Below, in pieces: positions 7,867-17,354 of a stretch of 41,736 nucleotides of DNA. How positions within the stretch are numbered: position 1 is the stretch's first letter; every line of letters starts with the position of its first letter. Origin of the DNA: a virus (lineage: Duplodnaviria; Caudoviricetes). The stretch spans positions 1 to 41,736 of the IMG/VR virus record IMGVR_UViG_3300044728_000096. One strand, 5' to 3'. Both the position numbers and the translations under genes were made by a program. The notes under the pieces are model-generated. The model searched no databases. It was not told the origin of the DNA and was given only the letters and a program-made list of their open reading frames with translations.

Positions 7867-8999
7867 CAGATCACCAACCGTGCGCGGTGGACGTTCAGGC
7901 TGGCCGCTCCGCCGGCGAGTGGCATGTCAATGGAGTCCACCACGTACTTCTCACGATTGGTCTTGCTCTCGGGGTGCTCAATGACCACAGCGTCTCCCGC
8001 CTCCAGTCCGGGGTGCGGCACAAAGCTCACCGCGAGCTCCTCCTCAATCAGCGCGTGCTCCCAGAGCAGCGACTGCGCCACGGCCTGAGCCTGCGGCACC
8101 GTGGTGATCATGGCGCTCTTGTGTGTGTACAGCCGGTCGCCCATGGTCCCGGTCACACGCAGCGGGCTGGATGGATCGGTGATGGACGCCTCGCCGCGCA
8201 CAGGTGTCTTGTCCGCCGCCTCGCCCACCGCGACCACGTGGTTGTAGAATCGGTCCCGGCTCCAGCTCTTGCTGATGGACAGCGTGTTGCTGTCAGCTCC
8301 GGCTCTGAACTCCCAGACACCGGCGAGCTGCGCCGGGTTGACCTTGGGCCGGATCACGATGTAGCCCTCCGCATCAGCGAACACGTCAATGCTGAAGTCT
8401 GTGGCAAGCGTCTTGGCCGCTGACATGCGCTCCTCGTCCGGCTCATAGCTGCGGTCAGCCCCGAGCGTGGCGCCTCCATCATCCACGGTCCACCGTGAGG
8501 CGCCCACGCCGGCGTCCTCCAGCATCTCGCGCAGAGCCACGCCCACCCGTGTTCCTGTGGTGAATGTCTTGGGCACCGTGAACTTGGAGCGCAGTGCGCG
8601 GTCCAGCCTGTCCGCTCCCGTGATGACGAGCTCGCCGCCGGCCACCTTGGGCGTGTCAATCAGGAAGATGCCCAGCGGTGCATAATGGTCCACGCCGCCC
8701 ACTCGCACCCCGCGCTCCACCTTGATCAGCTTGTCCCAGTAGAACGGATCACCCGGCCCGCCCGGCGTCCACACGCCCTTGGGGTTGGCGATGGTCAGGC
8801 TGAGCGTGCGCCGCACGATCCGGCCGGTGTCCATGCTCACGTCCCCGTCCAGCGCATAGCCGGACACGCCCGTGAGCACCAGCCCCGGCAGCGGGTTGAA
8901 CAGCTCGTCCAGCACGCTGACCCTCGTGACGCGAGCGTGGGCTTGGCGCAGGATCACGTCAGCCAGCGGCACGCCGGCGTCTGACCGCAGCGCCCGCAT
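7866..8999 (-). CDS. Minor tail (baseplate hub-like, DUF5047-type) protein
   Basis: RRTLSLTI...PLGIF...GADRL and PHPGLEAGDAV patterns; position; start at ATG 8999 coupled to upstream stop. Confidence 0.75.
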   Translation of the reverse strand: MRALRSDAGVPLADVILRQAHARVTRVSVLDELFNPLPGLVLTGVSGYALDGDVSMDTGRIVRRTLSLTIANPKGVWTPGGPGDPFYWDKLIKVERGVRVGGVDHYAPLGIFLIDTPKVAGGELVITGADRLDRALRSKFTVPKTFTTGTRVGVALREMLEDAGVGASRWTVDDGGATLGADRSYEPDEERMSAAKTLATDFSIDVFADAEGYIVIRPKVNPAQLAGVWEFRAGADSNTLSISKSWSRDRFYNHVVAVGEAADKTPVRGEASITDPSSPLRVTGTMGDRLYTHKSAMITTVPQAQAVAQSLLWEHALIEEELAVSFVPHPGLEAGDAVVIEHPESKTNREKYVVDSIDMPLAGGAASLNVHRARLVI

Positions 9000-9673
9000 C
9001 AGCCCACTCCAGTGAACGGGATGCTGACCTCTTGCATACCACCCATGGCGAACCGGCGTGCGATGTCCCCATACTGCACGGTCCACACCGAGCCGTCCGT
9101 GGCCTTGAGGATCAGCTCACCCTCCATCCGGGCCTGTACCCGTCGCAGCAGCACCAGCGCCGCCGTCTCGTCTGGCCGCACAAGGAATGAGATGCTCCCG
9201 GACTCGGCAAGGATCGTGTCGCCCACCACCAGAGCTCCCGGCCGGCCCATGGGCCTGTACACTTCCTGTGTCTTGCCGCCCAGCACGTCCCCCTCCTGCT
9301 GGCGCCGGATTGGGAATGTCAGCGATGTGTCGCCCGGCACCACAGCGTACCACGCCGGGCTCACGAGCTCCACCGTGGCGTCTGACGGGTCACTCTCAAA
9401 GTCAAGGTTGCTCTGCGTGACCCGGTACACAAGGTTGACGTTCAGCGGTGCTGTGTAGTCCTCATACGTCACGCTGTTGACCGCCGCGAGCTCCCGGAGC
9501 ATGATGAACGTGATGCCGTCCCGGCTCCTGTACACACGGTAGCCTCTGAAGTCACCCGGTGGCGTGACGGATGGGTCCCAGCTCAGCAGGACAGCCGATG
9601 CCTCCACGTCAGCCTCCACCGTGAGCCCGGACAGCGCCGGCGGAGGTGCAAAGTCTGTGGTGAAGATGGGCAT
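8999..9673 (-). CDS. Minor tail protein (FN3-like plus distal-tail-like domain)
   Basis: LSWDPS...GYRVYRS...YED...YRVT FN3 signature; position in tail module. Confidence 0.7.
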   Translation of the reverse strand: MPIFTTDFAPPPALSGLTVEADVEASAVLLSWDPSVTPPGDFRGYRVYRSRDGITFIMLRELAAVNSVTYEDYTAPLNVNLVYRVTQSNLDFESDPSDATVELVSPAWYAVVPGDTSLTFPIRRQQEGDVLGGKTQEVYRPMGRPGALVVGDTILAESGSISFLVRPDETAALVLLRRVQARMEGELILKATDGSVWTVQYGDIARRFAMGGMQEVSIPFTGVG

Positions 9674-9674
9674 G

Positions 9675-12407
9675 CTACACCAGTGTGAACGCGAGCTGAT
9701 CGGTGTCCTTGGCCGTCACCTGCCAACGATAGCTGTGGCCGTCAATCAGCACGCCGAACGGCACATCCATGGCTGTGGCCGGGCTGATCACCTCGCCACT
9801 GTCGTACACCTCCACCTCGTTGGGGTAGTTGGTGGGGTTGGTCCCCGCCTCATACAGCGCCGCGATGTTGGCCGGGCTCATGGCCCCCACAAACACCGCT
9901 GCCTCGTCCACCACGCCGGTGAGCCGATCCGCCGCGCTCGAATAGGCGCCGATCCGCCACGTGGTGAGGGCAGGCAGCACCTGCACGTTCCACGTGTTGA
10001 TCGCAGCCACCTCCACGCCATTGACGTACAGCCGGGCCCACACGCCGTCATGGGTGCCCACGATGAAGTACCGCTGGCCCGGCACGATGATGTCATTGGG
10101 GCTGGACAGCGTGCGGCCCACCCCGCCGCTGTCGCGCCACACCCACTGAACACGGCCGGGCGTGGTGAACCGCAGGTAGCCGGTAGTGCCGCCACTGCTC
10201 AGGAACCCCTCCGTGGTGAGCCCCGAGCTGGTGAGCGCCCACGCCATGAAGGTCCGCTCGCCGGCGCCCGGCAGCGCCGGCAGGCTCATGCTGATCGGGT
10301 CAGCCAGCCCCGAGCTCCGCACGGCGGTGTCCTCGTCTCGGGTCAGCAGCCCCGGCTCGCCCAGCGTGGCGCCGGCGCCCACGGTCCCAGCTCCGCCGGC
10401 TGCCGATCCGGTCTGCGCCACCGGGCCCACCGCCTCGCCCAGCCTGTAGTACGCCCACGGTGCCAGCGCCGCCATGGCCTGTGCGTAGCTGGGAGCTCCC
10501 GCCGGTCCCTTGTCGAACAGCTGCACCCGGTAGCTGGACTGCGCCTTGCCCGCCGGCGAGCTGAACGCCCAGTCCAGCGTGGGCGTGGACTCCGTGACCG
10601 TGGCTCCCGGAGCTGTCGCCGTCACCGTTGGCCCAGCCGACACCTTGAACAGAGCGTACGGGCTGAACGCACCTTGGAGCCCCATGGCGTCCGTGAAGCG
10701 GATGCGCCACTTGTACGTCACCTCTGCCGCCAGCGCCGGCGACACGCTCACCACGTGGCTGTAGCTCTGGCCGTCTGCGGCCACACCCGGCACTGGTGCG
10801 ATCCCCGTCTGGCTGAACACCAGCGCATCCGTGCCGTTGTTCCGCACCTCCAGCGTGACCAGCGTGGGTGTGTCGCCTTGGTCAAGGTCCGGGTCACTGA
10901 AGTTGGCCGCGAGCTCGGGCGTGGTGTCGGTCAACACGATGCCGTTGGCCGGCGTCATGGCGCTCGCGCCGGCCGGCTCTGCGTTCATTCTGAAGCTGTA
11001 CCACGGGCTCCACGCCGTGATGGTCCCGTCCGCGCTGAGCTCAATGCGAGCTCGCCACACGTACGTGCCGCCCCACGCCAGCGGCAGCCCATCGTATGTG
11101 TACACCTTGGCGCTCACAGCGGCGTAGTCTGTGCCGGTCCACACCTTGCTCTTGAGGAGCGTGCCGGCGTTGCCCAGCGCCTCCGTGGCCGCCACCTGAT
11201 ACTCATCATTGCGGAACGTCGCGCTGTGGGCAATGCTCAGGTCCGGCGTGAGGTCGTTGAGCCGTGGGTTGGTGGTGCGCGGCGTCATGTTGGAGGCACC
11301 CGTGGGCTGCACCGGCGTGAACACCTTGTAGGCGCTCCACGAGCTGTAGGCGCCGTGGCTGTCCTTGGTGCGGTAGCGGCAGCGGTATGCCACACCCCAC
11401 GCCAGTGCGGTGCCGGCATACGCCTTGCTCCACGAGGTGCCCGTCACCGCTGTGTCGCCGCTCGCCCATGTGGAGGTGTTGGGCGTGGCGTTGAGCCCCA
11501 CCTCAATCTGCACCGCTGATGCGGTGTCGCCGCTGTCAGTGAACGTCCCGCTGATCGTGGGCACCAGCGTGTCGGTGTCCACCGTGGGAGCTCCCGGCGT
11601 GGACGGCACTGCGTTGGCGTAGAACCGCTGCTGAGCTGTGTACGGTCCTGCCACGCCGTCCTTGTCCCACGTGCGCCCTTTCCACTTGTAGTATTTGTGT
11701 GCGGAGGGCAGGCTGACCGTGCGGCTGAATGACGTGGGCGATCCACTCACGCTGATCTTGCCGCTGTCATAGCGCACCGTGGTCCCGTTGTCATCGTAGA
11801 CCACCACCTGATACGCTGTGATGTAGTCCCCGCTGTCCGGGTCAGAGCGTGTGCCCTTGACCACCGGAGCTGTCCCTGAGTTGACCACCTCGTTGGCGCT
11901 CGGGTCCAGCGAGGTGGGCGCATTGGGCGCACTGTTGGCGCTGTGGTAGTCTGCGATGTAGGCACCGATGGCGCCGGCCACCGAGCTCCACGAGCCAAAG
12001 CTGGACGGCCATGAGGAGCTGTACCACTGAGCACGGTTGCCGGAGCGTGTGCTGAACTGCGTGTCATCAGCCGGGTCCCGAGCAAACCCCACGTACACGC
12101 CGGCGCCGCCGGCCACCGTGATCGGTGTCTCCAGATCACCCTCCACCTTGGTGCTGTTGCCGATGGCCAGCGCCACGCCAGCTAGGCTGTACGATGGCGT
12201 GCGGCCCAGCAGGGTGCCGCTCCCGCTCCAGATGCAGCCTCGCACTTGGGCAGTCTCGTTCATGCCGGCTGCATAGAACCCAATGCGGCTGATCTCCCAC
12301 GGCCCGCCGGCCGGCATGGTCAGGAGCACGGCAAAGTGGTTGGTGGTGTTCAGCCCGTAGTACGTGGCGCCGGTGGTCGGCTCTGCGGTGCTTCCCAGTG
12401 TCGCCAT
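9675..12407 (-). CDS. Large tail protein with tandem Ig/FN3-like repeats and a LamG/ConA domain
   Basis: Repeated P...DPD...YQV...YDSG...YKWR units; LamG motifs AYYRLGE, LYVNG, IGAY...GVVDEAAVF. Confidence 0.8.
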   Translation of the reverse strand: MATLGSTAEPTTGATYYGLNTTNHFAVLLTMPAGGPWEISRIGFYAAGMNETAQVRGCIWSGSGTLLGRTPSYSLAGVALAIGNSTKVEGDLETPITVAGGAGVYVGFARDPADDTQFSTRSGNRAQWYSSSWPSSFGSWSSVAGAIGAYIADYHSANSAPNAPTSLDPSANEVVNSGTAPVVKGTRSDPDSGDYITAYQVVVYDDNGTTVRYDSGKISVSGSPTSFSRTVSLPSAHKYYKWKGRTWDKDGVAGPYTAQQRFYANAVPSTPGAPTVDTDTLVPTISGTFTDSGDTASAVQIEVGLNATPNTSTWASGDTAVTGTSWSKAYAGTALAWGVAYRCRYRTKDSHGAYSSWSAYKVFTPVQPTGASNMTPRTTNPRLNDLTPDLSIAHSATFRNDEYQVAATEALGNAGTLLKSKVWTGTDYAAVSAKVYTYDGLPLAWGGTYVWRARIELSADGTITAWSPWYSFRMNAEPAGASAMTPANGIVLTDTTPELAANFSDPDLDQGDTPTLVTLEVRNNGTDALVFSQTGIAPVPGVAADGQSYSHVVSVSPALAAEVTYKWRIRFTDAMGLQGAFSPYALFKVSAGPTVTATAPGATVTESTPTLDWAFSSPAGKAQSSYRVQLFDKGPAGAPSYAQAMAALAPWAYYRLGEAVGPVAQTGSAAGGAGTVGAGATLGEPGLLTRDEDTAVRSSGLADPISMSLPALPGAGERTFMAWALTSSGLTTEGFLSSGGTTGYLRFTTPGRVQWVWRDSGGVGRTLSSPNDIIVPGQRYFIVGTHDGVWARLYVNGVEVAAINTWNVQVLPALTTWRIGAYSSAADRLTGVVDEAAVFVGAMSPANIAALYEAGTNPTNYPNEVEVYDSGEVISPATAMDVPFGVLIDGHSYRWQVTAKDTDQLAFTLV

Positions 12408-14260
12408 CAGGTGCGAGCTCCGGCGTGCCGAGCTCCGGACAGGAGCCCTCGCACACCCTCTGTGATCGCCCGCTCCACGTCTGCCTGACTGTAGCCGCCG
12501 CGTGCCAGTCCCCGGTCAGGATCGCGCACGATGACCTCCATGCGGCCGGCGCCGATGGCCCGCGTGTCGGCTGCGGTGAACACGTCGCTGCCTCGCGGGA
12601 GCCGCACGAGCTCTGGCCCCTGCTCACCCACCATCGCCAGCCCGCCGGCGAACCCTCGCGCACCCACAGCCAGCCGTGGGATCATCGCCATGCTGAACGG
12701 GTCAAACGCCCCGCCGCCCACCTTGACATCGGTGCCCGGAATCGACACAGATGGAATCTCCACACGAATGTCGTTCATGAAGCGCAGCACGCCGTTGATC
12801 AGGCTGATCACCGTGTTGATGCCACCCTTGATCGCGGAGCTCACGGAGTCCCACGCACCCCGCACGGTGGCCACGATCCCATCCCAGATGCTCGTGAAGG
12901 TCTTGGACAGGTCCCCGAGCACCTTGCCGATGGCGCCCGTGATGGTCCGCCATGCGGCGCTCAGCCCGTTCCACAACGTGATCGCCGTCCCCACCGCAGA
13001 GCGCACGATGTCGATCCATGCGAGGATGATGGCGCTGATCAGCTTGAACACCGTGTCGATGACCTTGAGCACGATGGTGAACGCCACACCCAGCACCGGG
13101 AGCAGCACCTTGGCGATGGCCATGACCACCGGCCACAGCGCCTCCAGCAGCGGCATGATCGTGTTGAACACGGTCTCAAAGATGGAGCTGATCAGTGGCA
13201 TGTTCGCCACCACCCACTCGATCACCATGCCCAGCACCTCGATGATACCCGGCAGGATGTTCTGTGTGAACCACGTGATGCGCTCGATGATGCCGTTGAT
13301 CACGTCGCCCACCGCCGGCCCAGCCTGCGTGAACGTCTCGATCAGGAACGGGATGACCGTCTCAGCCAAGAACGTGAACGCCTGCCCGATGATGTCCGTG
13401 ACCGTGGTGATCACGGCCTCAATCTCGGGCATGTGGTCCGTGACCCAATCCCCGAAGTTGGTCAGCACCTCCGTGACCATCGGCATGATCTTCTCAAAGA
13501 TGGGCACAAACGCCTGACCAATCGTGGCTAGGCTGTCTTGGAACGTCGCTGTGGTGATGCGCTGCTGATTGGCGAGCCCGTCGCTGGTGCGTGCAAAGTC
13601 ACCCTGCGCCGTGGTGGTCTGCTCCATGATGAGAGCGTACGCAGCCTGCGCCTTGGCCGCCGGCGTGAGCTCCTCGCCAAGCGTGCCCAGCCCCATCTCC
13701 ATGGCCTTGGCTTCCACACTGGCCGCCGTGAGGTTGACGCCCAGCGACCGCAGTGGCTCTGTCTCGCCCACCAGCCCTGCGCGGAGCTTCTCCATCACCT
13801 CCGTGGGGTCCATGTTGTTGAAGCTGGCGAGGTCTGCCCCGAGCTCCACCAGCCCGCCGGACATGTCGGCTGTGGCCTTTTTGCCGGTCCCCATGGCCAC
13901 GAACAGGTTGCCCAGCGTGGCGCGAGCTGTCAGCGCCTGATTGGTGGACATGCCCATGCCCTTGGCGGCGTCCTTGCCCCAAGCCAGCACGGCATCCGCG
14001 TTGTCCCCGAACACCACCTTGGTCTTGCTGATCGTCTCGTTCAGGTCCCCGGCCACGTTGGCCAGCATGAACGCCCCGGCAGCCCCGGCGCCGGCGGCAG
14101 CGCCTCCCCACAGCAGCGCCGCCTTGCCTGCTCCACCAAGGATGCCGCCGATCCGCTGGCCCCACGTCTTGCTGTCCTGCTCGGCCTTGTCGAGCCCCTT
14201 GTCATAGTGGCTCTTGTCGAGCTTCAGCTCACCATAGAGCTCGCCAACCTTGACGGCCAT
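12407..14260 (-). CDS. Tape measure protein
   Basis: Follows chaperones; VGELYGELKLD start, amphipathic repeats, C-terminal AMVGEQGPELV. Confidence 0.9.
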   Translation of the reverse strand: MAVKVGELYGELKLDKSHYDKGLDKAEQDSKTWGQRIGGILGGAGKAALLWGGAAAGAGAAGAFMLANVAGDLNETISKTKVVFGDNADAVLAWGKDAAKGMGMSTNQALTARATLGNLFVAMGTGKKATADMSGGLVELGADLASFNNMDPTEVMEKLRAGLVGETEPLRSLGVNLTAASVEAKAMEMGLGTLGEELTPAAKAQAAYALIMEQTTTAQGDFARTSDGLANQQRITTATFQDSLATIGQAFVPIFEKIMPMVTEVLTNFGDWVTDHMPEIEAVITTVTDIIGQAFTFLAETVIPFLIETFTQAGPAVGDVINGIIERITWFTQNILPGIIEVLGMVIEWVVANMPLISSIFETVFNTIMPLLEALWPVVMAIAKVLLPVLGVAFTIVLKVIDTVFKLISAIILAWIDIVRSAVGTAITLWNGLSAAWRTITGAIGKVLGDLSKTFTSIWDGIVATVRGAWDSVSSAIKGGINTVISLINGVLRFMNDIRVEIPSVSIPGTDVKVGGGAFDPFSMAMIPRLAVGARGFAGGLAMVGEQGPELVRLPRGSDVFTAADTRAIGAGRMEVIVRDPDRGLARGGYSQADVERAITEGVRGLLSGARHAGART

Positions 14261-14610
14261 CAGTGAGACTCTCCGCCGCCGGCTGGCCTACGGTCCCCAA
14301 AGATGCGTGCTAGCTCACGTGCGGCTGCGGCCTTGCCCCGGACCACAGGCGCACCGGCGGTGCCGCCTCTATGCGCAGCTCCGTTGGCACCGTACTTGCG
14401 CACCTGCATCTTCACAGCGGTGGCGCTCTGCGGCCCAAGCCCGCGCACCAGCACCACGAGCCTGCGCCATGAGAGCTCCGCGAGCTCCCGCGTCAGGTTC
14501 ATGTGGTACTCACGCTGAAAGTCAGCCTCCACGGTGGCCCAGTCCTCAATCAGCCCGAAGTGTGTGCCCGGCTCTGTCTCGCCCGGCTCCTCCGGGCTGC
14601 CCGGTTTGGG
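14260..14610 (-). CDS. Tail assembly chaperone, frameshift-extended part (G-T)
   Basis: -1 frame stays open from slippery CCCAAAC into LIEDWATVEADFQREY...LSWRRL. Confidence 0.8.
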   Translation of the reverse strand, partial: PKPGSPEEPGETEPGTHFGLIEDWATVEADFQREYHMNLTRELAELSWRRLVVLVRGLGPQSATAVKMQVRKYGANGAAHRGGTAGAPVVRGKAAAARELARIFGDRRPAGGGESH

Positions 14611-14969
14611 GATGCATCCTCGTTGTACAGCCTGAACACGTTGATGATCAGGTCCCCGAGCTCGTCAATGCTGAGCCCGTGCTCCATCGCCAGCTTGCGG
14701 AGCCCACCCTTGCCAAACAGCGGCTCAGCGAGCGTGAACAGTTGATCAGGGGTGGCGTCCGGATTCTTGCACTCTGTACACACCGGGTCCATCGTGGGAG
14801 CGTGCTTGGCGCACGGCTCTGCGTCCCGGTACAGCGCAATGATGTCCAGAGCCGTGGCCGCCGGGAGCGTGGGTGGCAGGATGTACTCCACACCGCCCAG
14901 CGTGAGCGTGACGGGCTCACCCGTCCGCTCCCGCCTGAAGCTGTCAAAGTCCAGCCGGCGCCCGGTCAT
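14550..14969 (-). CDS. Tail assembly chaperone (G)
   Basis: Between major tail and tape measure genes; ends in PNRAARR. Confidence 0.8.
   Translation of the reverse strand: MTGRRLDFDSFRRERTGEPVTLTLGGVEYILPPTLPAATALDIIALYRDAEPCAKHAPTMDPVCTECKNPDATPDQLFTLAEPLFGKGGLRKLAMEHGLSIDELGDLIINVFRLYNEDASPNRAARRSRARQSRAHTSG
14604..14610 (-). other. -1 programmed frameshift slippery site C CCA AAC
   Basis: X XXY YYZ heptamer in frame; the shift joins the two chaperone ORFs with no stop. Confidence 0.8.
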
Positions 14970-15421
14970 GCGCTGGTAACGGCGCCCGTGACCTCAAGCA
15001 CAGCGCCCCATGCCGCGAGGTCGTTGGTGCCGCCTCCGGGCAGCGTGACCTCCGCTGTGGCGGTGAACTCGCGCACAGGCGATCCGGTGCCCGGCACTGT
15101 GAAGCGGTAGTGCTCCTCAGCAGCAATGCCGACGGCCGTGCTGGACGCCTCCACCGCTGCCTGCCCCTCGTCCTGTGCCCCGTCTGCCGGGTCAATCTTG
15201 GAATGGCCCTCCAGCGTCCACGTGTCGCCCCGCTGGGTGACCATGTGCTCCGCTCGGCCTTGGCTGTCAAAGCCGGAGGCATCGGCCCGCTCTGTGGCCG
15301 GAGCATGCGTCAGGCTGGTGAGCCCGCCAATCTCCGTCCACGCTGGGCTGGCCACACTCCCGGTGTTGATCTCAATGAGCAGGTCCCGTGCAAGGAACTT
15401 GCGTGCTGCGGCTGCTGGCAT
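14966..15421 (-). CDS. Major tail (tube) protein
   Basis: WTEIGGLTSLT...DPADGAQDEGQ...GGGTNDLAAW pattern; position. Confidence 0.85.
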   Translation of the reverse strand: MPAAAARKFLARDLLIEINTGSVASPAWTEIGGLTSLTHAPATERADASGFDSQGRAEHMVTQRGDTWTLEGHSKIDPADGAQDEGQAAVEASSTAVGIAAEEHYRFTVPGTGSPVREFTATAEVTLPGGGTNDLAAWGAVLEVTGAVTSA

Positions 15422-15422
15422 C

Positions 15423-15875
15423 CTACTCCTCCGGTGTGCGATTGGTGGTGGGGTTGAGGATCATGGTCCTGAAGTTACACGTGTACAGGTGCCGGCCCGC
15501 CTCGTCCACCCCCAGCCGGTTGAAGCCGGACTGGATGCCGAGACAGTAGATGAGCTGCGTGCCGCCGGCGAGCAGCGTGTCTCCCATCGCATGGAGTGCG
15601 TTGTAGGCTGCCTCCGCCTTGGCCAGCGCAGTGCGTGCGTCCCGCGTGCCCCGGATGCGGACCATGAGCTGCGGCTGGTCCTCACCCTCGCCGGCGGAGC
15701 TCTCACCGCCCGAGCTGGTGTACAGCCCGAGCGCCACGTCCGGCTTGTCCGGCATCCACTCCACGAACAGGTTGACCGGCTCGCCGGGAGCTCCCGTGCC
15801 GGCTGCCTCATAGTTGCCCACACCCTTGCTCTCAAGGTACTGCGCCATCTCTGTGGACAGCGTGGCAAGGCCCAT
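15423..15875 (-). CDS. Tail terminator / neck protein
   Basis: MPDKPD...QLMVRIRG...LGVDEAGRHLYTCNF pattern. Confidence 0.8.
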   Translation of the reverse strand: MGLATLSTEMAQYLESKGVGNYEAAGTGAPGEPVNLFVEWMPDKPDVALGLYTSSGGESSAGEGEDQPQLMVRIRGTRDARTALAKAEAAYNALHAMGDTLLAGGTQLIYCLGIQSGFNRLGVDEAGRHLYTCNFRTMILNPTTNRTPEE

Positions 15876-16228
15876 CAGTGCGCCTCCTTGAGCTCACGAG
15901 CCATGAACGCCTGCACCTCGTCCATCTCATCGTTCATGGTGCGCTCCAGCCACTTGGCCTCACGCCCGTTCTTGTGTTCCAAGTCCAGATTCTCGTGCTG
16001 CATCACAGCGTACGGGGTGTCATAGCTGATGCTGGCCGCGAGCTCACCGCTGATGTCCTCGCCGGTGTCCACGTCGCCCGAGCGCATCAGGTCCCCGTAC
16101 TCGTGTGGCACCCTGTCGTTGGCTTCAGTGAGGATGTGCTCAGCCCCGAGCTGGAGCGCCCGCCGGCTGGCCGCCTCCGTGGCCTGCTTCTGCTGGCCAC
16201 CGCGCCACATGGTCAGTCCGTGAGGCAT
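15875..16228 (-). CDS. Neck protein (HK97 gp10-like)
   Basis: VP..YGDLMRSG...YDTPYAVMQHE...KWLE. Confidence 0.8.
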   Translation of the reverse strand: MPHGLTMWRGGQQKQATEAASRRALQLGAEHILTEANDRVPHEYGDLMRSGDVDTGEDISGELAASISYDTPYAVMQHENLDLEHKNGREAKWLERTMNDEMDEVQAFMARELKEAH

Positions 16229-16229
16229 C

Positions 16230-16556
16230 TCACTCTGCCTCGATGATCAGCTCACGGTACGCTGGGCGCACCTCGTCCGGGACAGCGCCGGCGGCACGCA
16301 CGATGTACCACGCCCCGCTGCCCGCCGGCCACTCCACCCGGCTGCTGATCGGCACTGGTGGCTCCCCGCCGCCCACCCATGCTGTGGCGTCCGCAAGGAT
16401 GGTCCCGCCACCCTCGTTGTTGATCATCCGGCGGCGTGGCTCGATGTGTGCCTTGACCACGCGAGGATCGCCATACGTGTCGCCGTGGCTGCCGCTGCCG
16501 GTGTACTCTGTCAGCGTGACCCGGTCCCGGAGTGCGTAACCCGGCACACGTGGCAT
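16230..16556 (-). CDS. Head-tail stopper/closure protein
   Basis: Position and YTGSGSHGDTYG pattern. Confidence 0.7.
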   Translation of the reverse strand: MPRVPGYALRDRVTLTEYTGSGSHGDTYGDPRVVKAHIEPRRRMINNEGGGTILADATAWVGGGEPPVPISSRVEWPAGSGAWYIVRAAGAVPDEVRPAYRELIIEAE

Positions 16557-16559
16557 GTG

Positions 16560-16949
16560 CTACTCCCAGCCCGCGGTGGCCACGCCCCGGTACAGCAGCG
16601 TCACACTGTTCAGCGCATCACGCGCCTTGGGCGCCAGCCTGTTGGGTGCCGGGAGCTGGAGTGCCCCCAGCGTCACGCCCTCCTCCTGCCACGCCACGCC
16701 CTGCTCCACCCCGAGCTCCAGCCAGTACTCCACCTGAGCACACGCCGCCTCAGACAGAGCACTCATCTCCGCTGTGACCGGATCGGGTGGCGGATCGGTC
16801 CACACGTGAGTGGCCCGCTGAAGGGTCACGTGATCCATCAGCCGGGATGCGTCCCGCAGCAGGAGCTCGGCCGTGGAGTCCGGCACTGTGTACCGGGTCC
16901 CCACGTACGTCCCGAGCTCCTCTGCGGTGGCGTAGGTGGCCAGAGCCAC
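16560..16949 (-). CDS. Head-tail adaptor
   Basis: YATAEEL...LLRDASRLMD...AACAQVEYW. Confidence 0.8.
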   Translation of the reverse strand: MALATYATAEELGTYVGTRYTVPDSTAELLLRDASRLMDHVTLQRATHVWTDPPPDPVTAEMSALSEAACAQVEYWLELGVEQGVAWQEEGVTLGALQLPAPNRLAPKARDALNSVTLLYRGVATAGWE

Positions 16950-16952
16950 AGG

Positions 16953-17318
16953 TCAGCCCTCGGCCTCAGCCACGGCTGCCCGCTTCTCGTCCGCGCTCAG
17001 GCTGGACCAGCCGCTGATGCCGAGCTCCTTGCCCTTGGCCTCCAGCGCATCCCCTCGCAGGATGGGCTCGCCGGCGGCGTCCAGCTCCTCGTCATCATCG
17101 TCGCTGTCGTCGCCATCATCAGCCGGCTCCCGGTCCCCGAGCTCCCGCTGCTGACTGGTCTCCAGCGCCTCGCCCTCGTCCCCGCCCATGGTCGTGGGTC
17201 CCGGAGCGTCCTCACCACCCTGAGCGTCATCCACATGGATGGCGTCCGGATCGGCTGTGGCATCCTCCGGGTCCACGTCCTGAGCCTCCAGCTCGTCCTT
17301 GAGCTCCTGCTTGTCCAT
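16953..17318 (-). CDS. Acidic protein with C-terminal Rho-N/HeH-like motif
   Basis: LEAKGKELGISGWSSLSADE; strong RBS; follows capsid gene. Confidence 0.65.
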   Translation of the reverse strand: MDKQELKDELEAQDVDPEDATADPDAIHVDDAQGGEDAPGPTTMGGDEGEALETSQQRELGDREPADDGDDSDDDDEELDAAGEPILRGDALEAKGKELGISGWSSLSADEKRAAVAEAEG

Positions 17319-17354
17319 CGTGTCTCCTCGCGTCCCCCCAGTGGCGAGCTCCCC

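Noticed and set aside
9564-11519. Long plus-strand ORFs (also 16446-18017, 21317-22738, 31227-32825)
   Set aside because: Antisense shadows of well-supported minus-strand genes in high-GC DNA; no motifs
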